From NCBI GenBank assembly GCA_964016885.1, contig OZ024742.1, forward strand, positions 96,596,001 through 96,660,000: a DNA stretch of 64,000 nucleotides, written 5' to 3'. Below the pieces are notes generated by a model, which worked only from the letters and a program-made list of their open reading frames with translations, had not been told where the DNA came from and ran no database searches. Shown here in pieces: positions 56,512 through 64,000 of this stretch. The DNA is from Eledone cirrhosa. Taxonomy: Eukaryota. Made by a program: the position numbers and the translations under genes. How positions within the stretch are numbered: the stretch's first letter is position 1; each line of letters begins with the position of its first letter.

Positions 56512-57322
56512 TGTGTGTGTGTCTGTGTGTGTGTGTGTGTGTCTCTGTGTGTGTATGTGTGTGTGTCTGTGTGTGTGTATTTGCATGCCTGTCCGTTATA
56601 CCTAAATATTATATTGTTGTTTATGAGGGTTAACTTAAGTATGAGTCGAGTGCAATTATTTTTCAAGATAAACACATTTTTACTTAATTAAAAAGGTAGA
56701 AAAAATTTAATGAAACAAAATAAAACAGAATAAATTAAAATAAAATAAATTAAGATAATTAATCTAAGAAACTGAAACAAACAAAGGAAAACTTTTTAAA
56801 AACACTTTATTTATTCTTTTGAAGAAATAACGCAACACTACAGAAACAACAACAACAATAATGGCAACACATACAAAAGCAGTAAGGCAAATAACAGCAA
56901 CAACATTAATGGCAGCAGTTACAACAACACTAATAGATGCAACAGCAGCAGCAAAAGAGCAGTTAGAAGGATAACAACAATAACAACATCAATAGCTGTA
57001 TCAACAGTGTCCGTGCCCCTATTATTAGTTACAGCAAGAATAACACAACCATAACAACAACACGACCACCACCACCGCCACCGCTACTATTATTACCAAC
57101 AACAACAAAAACATCACCACTATGACTAGCAGTAACCACGTACATCAGTATAAGTAGTCACTTACGTCACACCAGTACTACCACCACCATCATCAACAAC
57201 AACAGCATTATCATACTCGTTGTTGTCATCAGACTTCGATAACAACTTCAAAACCGAACGTCATTGAAAAAACATTAGTATCTTCAGTTACGATGCAAAT
57301 AACATCTACTTTAAACGAAGTC

Positions 57323-57382
<60 letters not shown>

Positions 57383-57388
57383 TATATA

Positions 57389-60300
57389 CTAACAGAAGTA
57401 CCCGGCGTTGCCCGGGTGTAAGTCGACCTTTGCTCTGTTGTTAAAATGTGTGAAAGTTACTACCCGCGCATCACAGGTGCAAAAACCTTCGAACCTCAAG
57501 GAAAAAAACAGAGGTTAGTAGACGCAGGTGTGTAATTGAGCATAAATAATGGATCAATTATAGGTTCACAGTGTATCGTTGAAATTGTTCTTTGCATGAC
57601 TGACGGAAGTCAAATTCACTTGAAATTGAATTTTCAGTTGATTTTTAAAGCAGGGTGAACATTTTTTCTCTTTTTTTTTACAATTTTCGCGCTAACATGT
57701 GCAGAAGAAGAAATAAAAGGGACTTTATCTGAACCGCGGCATAATGGCGAGTCTTTTGCGACAGTTTTCAAGAAAATCGGACGTTCCTGTAAAAATGTTT
57801 CCCATGTGCAACTTTGCCTTGTTTTTTGCGCAAAGTCGAACCCCGCTTCAGTTTTATTGATTTTTTACATGAATGCCTGACCTCTGAAGTAGATTTGAGT
57901 AGCTAAAAACCTGTCCCGGTAAATTTGCTATAGGTGAAAAAAAGTTGATCAAAATTGTGTCTAGGGTTATTGCCCTTTGTCACAGCCACAACGTGTCTTC
58001 AAGTATGGTTTGTTAATTTGTTGTGGAACTAAATCGACTTTCGTCAAATCGGACCGAGGAAACAATGTTTCCATTTGTCTTTCTAGCTGGTGTACCCGGT
58101 TAGACTCGGGGTTATAAGGCGCTGGATTTAAACGGGTCTGCGCTAAATTCCAGCAGGATGCTTTAACCGAAATAAATGAAGAACAAACGTTTCTTTTTGT
58201 GCTCCAATCTGTGATATTGGTATTTTGAAAAAATAGTCCACAAACATCCATGGAGAATCTGTAACGCATGTATCAGGTTATGAGAAAAAGCGTTTTCGAT
58301 TCTCCATTCATAAGATACCAAAAAATTGCACACAAATAAACCGGGATTTTAAGGCACTGCCCCATTCATAGCTGAAAGGTAAGAAGCAAGTGGAATAATG
58401 TTTTGCGAGATTGTCAAATGTACAACTGTACAAAAGCAAAGGATATAGCCATTGAAATCTAGGTAGACCAAAGCATTTGGTGGGGTTGTATATCAGAGGA
58501 TTGTTTTCCTTGTGATTCGCGTCTAGCCTACAAAAGTGAAGTTAGATGATTGTAGTCGGTGTTGTATCAATAAAAAATAAAAGCATACGGAAGACTGAAC
58601 ACTTACGAGTTAAGTGAAAATCACGTTGATATTCCTATCGGAGCAACATGTGCCGAAAAACCTGACGGACTGTTGTTTCAATATTGAAATCGTAGAAATT
58701 GCGAATCCCGACATCTAAGATGTAATGGATAGGCCTTGGAGGTGAAGAGGAAGAATTGGTACAATTGTTTTGCTGAACATGTTGACTATTAATTTAAATA
58801 GTCTTACGCAGCACCATCGTGCGGTTTTGTTCTTTATGGCCTAGAATGAGAGCCGGTTAAACGCTGCAGAAAAATAAGCCATGCTGATGATATTTAGGGG
58901 CGTCGCAGGGAATAGATGCGGCATTGTGAGTCAATTGTGAGGACAGTGGAAGGCACGCTGATCGCTTGAGAAGACGCGATGCCACACAGGATGCTTCTTG
59001 GCCATAATTGACAGAAAGGCATTTCAGGAGAAATGAAAGAGTTGCTATTCATCCTTTGCTTAGCATGATGAACATGTAATTAAAAAGATTTACCATGGAC
59101 TATCGTACACGTTGGTATTGTGTTTAGCCTGCGAAAATCGGTGGTCAAAGGGACAACAATAAGCCATGCTGATGACGTTTAAGCGGGTGGCAAGGAATTG
59201 ATGCGGCATAGATAGCCATGGGATTCTTGAAGGAGCACGGCGGTCAGGCAAAAGAAATGGCCGAGGATGGGATGGTGGCTGACAGTGCATGGATGCGGCA
59301 TCCTGAGGCATAACGATGCAGTGAGTCGACGGCCACAGGCATGGAAGAGGGCAGGGGTGATCGGTGGCAAGGATGCCGCATGGTGAGCCATGGCAGTCTT
59401 GAAGGAGCACTGCGGGCAGGCAAAAGAAAGAGCCGACGAGGGGATGGCGGCTGACAGAGCATTAATGCGGCATGGTGATGCTTGATGATGCAGTGGGACG
59501 ACGGCGTGCAGGGAACGGAGAAGGCAGGGGCTGACGGTGGCAGGGATACGATTTGGTCCTTCAAGACTGCCATGCTTAGGCAGTGGAAAGGGTCGGGGAG
59601 TGGATGGCGGCTGACAGGGCAGGGATGCAACATGATGAGGCATGACGAAAGGGCAGGGTGCATGGCGGCTGAGGGCGTGGATGCGGCATGCCAACTGAGT
59701 TGCACCTCGGGAATGTAGAGAGCACCGATGATTGTTTGAGAAAACCGGGTGCAAGGCAGGATGTTTATCGGCCATACATGATCGGTAAGCTTTGGAGGAG
59801 AAAGGGATGAATTTTTGTTTAATTTTGTTAAATATGGTCAAAATGAATGTAAAAAGACTTACACAGGATCGTCTTCATGTTCGGTGCTGTCTTTGGTCTG
59901 AGATAATGGGCAGTTATGTGCGGCGCAGGAATAAACCATGCTGATGACATTTGAGCAAGTTGCTGACAGGGAAGGAATGCCGCATGGTGAGCCATGGCAG
60001 TCGTGAGGGACCAAGGCGTGCGGGAAAGGGAGGGCAGGGGTTGACGGTGGCAGGGATGCGGCTTGGTTAGGCATGGCAGTCTTGAAGGAGCACGGCGGGC
60101 AGGCAAAATAAAAGTCTGAGGAGGGGATGGCGGCTGACAGATCATGGATGTGGCATGGTGAGGCATAACGAAGCAGTGGGTCGACGGCGTGCAGGGAAGG
60201 GAGATGGCCGGGATTGACGGTTGCAGGGATACCGCATGGTGAGTCATGGCACTCGTGAAGGACCAAGGCGTGCGGGTAAGGGAGGGGGCAGGGGAGGGCA

Positions 60301-61495
60301 TGGCGGCTGACAGTGCATGGATGCGGCATGGTGAGACATGAGGATGCAGTGGGACGACGGCGTGCAGGGAAGGGAGAGGGCAGGACTTGATGGTGGCAGG
60401 GATGTGGCTTGATTAGGCATAGCAGTCTTGAAGGAGCATGGTGGGCAGGCAAAAGAAAGGGCTGAGAAGGGAATGGTGGCCGACAGGGCAGTAATGCGTC
60501 ATGGTGAGGCATGACGATGCAGTGGGACGACGGCGTGCAGGGAAGGGAGAAGGCAGGGGTTGACGGTGGCAGGGATACGGCTTGGTCAGGCATGGAAGTC
60601 TTGAGCTCTCCCGGAGTGTAGGCAATGGAAATGGGAGGGGTGGACGGTGGCTGGGATTCCGCATGTTGAGCCGTGGCAGTTCTTAGGGACCACGGAGGGC
60701 AGGCAATGGAAAGGGCCGGGGAATGAATTGCGGCTGACAAGGCAAAGATGCGCATGGTGATGCACAACGATGCAGTGGGTCGACGGCGTGCAGGGAAGGG
60801 AGAGGGCAGGGTTTGACGGATGCCTCATTATGCTACGGTAGTAGGACCACGGGAATGAAGAGAGCGCATGGAGGTTCGATGATCGCTTGAGAAGACTGGA
60901 CGCAATACAGGATGATGCGCGGCGGTATAGTCTTGATAGTCCTTATATAAGAAATGGAAGAATCGGCATAAGAGGTTTGCTGAATATGGTGAGCGTTAAT
61001 TTAAAGAGACTTAATTTGGATAATCCTGATAGATTGAACGCTTTTTGTATGGTGGGAGTCGCGACAAATGGAAGCATGAAGAATGGCGTTATTCGGTTGC
61101 CAGATTTTTGCCTCTGGGGGTCCGATTATCGAATTCTTGAAAATTTCAAGTATCCCACGTTGATCCCCGCATGAGAATACATACCTCCGTCAAATTTCAT
61201 TGGAATCGGACAAATTTCGTAAATATCGATTTTTGCCTGTGATCCAATTATCGATTTTTCGAAAATTTAATGTAGCGCATCTTCATCTCCGGACCAAAAT
61301 ACACACTTGCCTCGAGTTTCATCGAAAATATCGATTTTGGGTTTCTGGGAGCCCGATTATCGATTTTTCGAACATTTCAAGTAGCCTATTCCAATCTACG
61401 GTTAGAGTTTCATACATGTGTCAAGTTTCTTGAAAATGGGATGAACGGTGTAGCCTGCAAGTTCGGGACACCAAAAAAAACAAACGCCCAACTTC
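57389..61495 (-). mobile_element. ~4.1-kb non-autonomous Helitron-like element
   Basis: The left end ACTAACAG-AAGT-ACCCGG-CGTTGC-CCGGGT matches the hairpin end of the 47374 element (TTAG instead of CTAG). The interior is CpG-rich and the right part has similar aaatttc..aatcgg repeats. The 5' boundary is approximate. Confidence 0.6.
59160..60830. repeat. GC-rich, purine-skewed ~173-bp tandem repeat in two blocks
   Basis: The anchor gcagtggg(a/t)cgacggcgtgcaggga recurs at ~59318, 59490, 60172, 60346, 60519 and 60772. Confidence 0.9.
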
Positions 61496-61574
61496 TCAAG
61501 AGCGTGAAACTAATAAACCTTTGTTCGTACTGCCTCTCTGTTTTGTTCCCGTTCCATTTTTCACTATATATATT

Positions 61575-61640
<66 letters not shown>

Positions 61641-62191
61641 TATATATATATATGATGGCTGCCAACTCGTTTTCGAGTAACGCCACTACTTTATATCCAT
61701 GTAGGAGAACCCCTACCGATGCGCTGAACGAGTGTGACTTTTTAGTCCAGCCAGCGACTTGAAAACTCTGGTACAAACACTACACTTGTGACAATTATTG
61801 CCACATAGTGCTGGGCCCATGGTACCATGTGACGACAAGTGCAGAGAGATCTCCAGATATAAAGCAATGCCTGTGCCGTGAAATTTTTATAGTGAGCAAA
61901 GGCAATGCACAAAGCCAGTCCCACTCTCTTAACCAAGATGATATTTACCAAAAAGAAGAACAAGTCAACATCATTGGATACCATCAAGGTTGCAGGTGTT
62001 ATATTAGAGTTTTCCTTCTCCTAGAATTCTGCCTTGACAAAGGCTAAGGGGTCATCTCTCCCGGTGATTTTGGATGGCCATTGACTCTTAAGAGCTCCTT
62101 TGTTCTTTGACAGGTTGTACTGGGATACATGTAACCAGTAGCACCAACTGGTGACCTGACATAAATATATATATATATATATATACATGCA

Positions 62192-62260
<69 letters not shown>

Positions 62261-62265
62261 CGAGT

Positions 62266-62350
62266 TTATCCCCTGAAGAGCTCTAAATTCGAGTATGAAC
62301 CTTAAATAAGGTATCTCAAAAGACAGCGAAACTCATGGGTCTTAGTGGAT
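62266..62350 (+). ncRNA. Hammerhead-like motif immediately after (TA)n
   Basis: CTGAAGA(62273)-GCT...AGC-GAAAC-TCATGG-GTC. The core, the stem II closing pairs and stem III are present, but stem I is weak. Confidence 0.5.
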
Positions 62351-62650
62351 TTAGTGATTTAATCCTGGTATGTATATAAGCATTTCTAACATTAATTTTT
62401 ACCTAATTATGTATGGTTGACCGTATATTTAATTAATTTCCACGTGCTGTTGAAATGTCGGGTAAATACTATATGGCGGTTGCACGCGAAGACGCCGCGA
62501 TGACGTCTTTATTTACTATTTCTTCATAGATCCCTTTTATTCTTATAGCCTGGTCTAATTGATTTTTTGTGTGGTTAATTATGCTGATTGGGAGTAGAAA
62601 TGATGTATATATATTATCAAATGATTCCCTGGACATGCTTTACTCTATAG

Positions 62651-62721
<71 letters not shown>

Positions 62722-62958
62722 GGGTTATAAACTCAAATAGTCTTTTACAATTAAATAGCTCAAAGAAAGGAATATTTCTGAGCCGTGTAATACAAAGAAT
62801 ATATGATAGGGATAAACACTGATACAAGTATACATGTGTTCGTATTGCAAATGACCAAGTTAGCTAGATTGAAAAATACTAATTAAAATAATACGGTTTG
62901 CCTGTCTCGATTTAAAATAATAAATCAATAAAAGCAAACCTATATTGGCAATAGCCGT

Positions 62959-63032
62959 GATACCTGGACAAATTTTAAATTTGTTTCGCAACAATTAATT
63001 GAAATCTCCTATTCCTGTGCTCTACAGGTATC
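62959..63032 (-). ncRNA. Hammerhead-like motif with damaged CUGANGA
   Basis: GATACCTG-TAGA-GCA...TGC-GAAAC-AAATTTAAAATTT-GTC-CAGGTATC, with an 8-bp stem I, a long stem III and a GUC triplet. Confidence 0.5.
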
Positions 63033-63074
63033 CAGAAATTGGTAAGTTTCACTTTAAAATACTTAAGAAGACTT

Positions 63075-63083
63075 AATATATAC

Positions 63084-63152
<69 letters not shown>

Positions 63153-63340
63153 TACATATATATACATATATATATATATACATACATATATATATACATA
63201 CATATATATATATATATACATATATACATATATATACATATACATATATATATATATATACATATATATCTATATATATATATATACATATATATCTATA
63301 TATATATATATATATAAAAATATATATACATATATATCTA

Positions 63341-63380
<40 letters not shown>

Positions 63381-63651
63381 TTTATATACATATATATATA
63401 CATATATATATATATATATTGTTATACTTTGGGAGGGTCATGTTGCCAATAAGAATCTTGCTAAACAAATTCAGAAACGAAATATATATATATATACATA
63501 TATATACATACCTATATATATATATACATACATATATATGTATATACATATATATATATATAAATATATATATATACATATATATATATAAATACATATA
63601 TATATATATAAATATATATATATATAAATATATATATATACATATATATGC

Positions 63652-63721
<70 letters not shown>

Positions 63722-63751
63722 CACATATATATATATATATATATATAAAAT

Positions 63752-63785
<34 letters not shown>

Positions 63786-63842
63786 CACATATATACATAT
63801 ACATAAATATATATATACATATATACATAGATATTCATATAT

Positions 63843-63892
<50 letters not shown>

Positions 63893-63912
63893 ACACACAT
63901 AAATATATATAT
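63075..63912. repeat. Large degenerate (TA)n/(TACA)n microsatellite; similar (TA)n, (CA)n, (GATA)n and (GAA)n tracts occur throughout the window
   Basis: Seen directly in the sequence. Confidence 0.97.
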
Positions 63913-64000
63913 AGAAGAAGAAGAAGAAGAACATTTATTTTTTATTTTCACCTATAAACAGCTTAATTAAATTTGTGGCCAGTCATGTTTCAAGTCAAAA

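Noticed and set aside
59090-60828. Long overlapping minus-strand ORFs (up to 302 aa)
   Set aside because: They are open in several frames because the GC-rich tandem repeat lacks stops, and they contain no recognisable domain.

Overview
This is AT-rich, microsatellite-saturated eukaryotic DNA. The repeat content looks like an octopus or other coleoid cephalopod genome, which is an inference and not a database match. Most of the window is decayed transposons: many RTE-clade LINE fragments, an L1/Tx1 ORF2 relic, CR1-like and R4-like 3' ends, mariner and pogo transposase relics, two non-autonomous Helitrons (one carrying a GC-rich ~173-bp satellite), about 15 copies of one tRNA-derived SINE, and Penelope-like (PLE) GIY-YIG relics. 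The host-gene signal has two parts. Three phase-compatible minus-strand coding exons (42806-42904, 31923-32009, 31522-31693) encode the C-terminus of an unidentified protein. A CCAAT-box promoter and first exon near 17.4-17.5 kb point leftwards. The most striking pattern is more than a dozen hammerhead-ribozyme (HHR) motifs or half-motifs from several short families. Several lie in asymmetric fold-back insertions of the form (TA)n-[short arm | long arm]-(TA)n. This suggests non-autonomous, HHR-bearing, TA-targeting PLE-derived elements that also place long dsRNA hairpins inside host introns. Almost all ORFs in the supplied track are microsatellite artefacts or TE relics. Coordinates were read by eye and TE boundaries are approximate.
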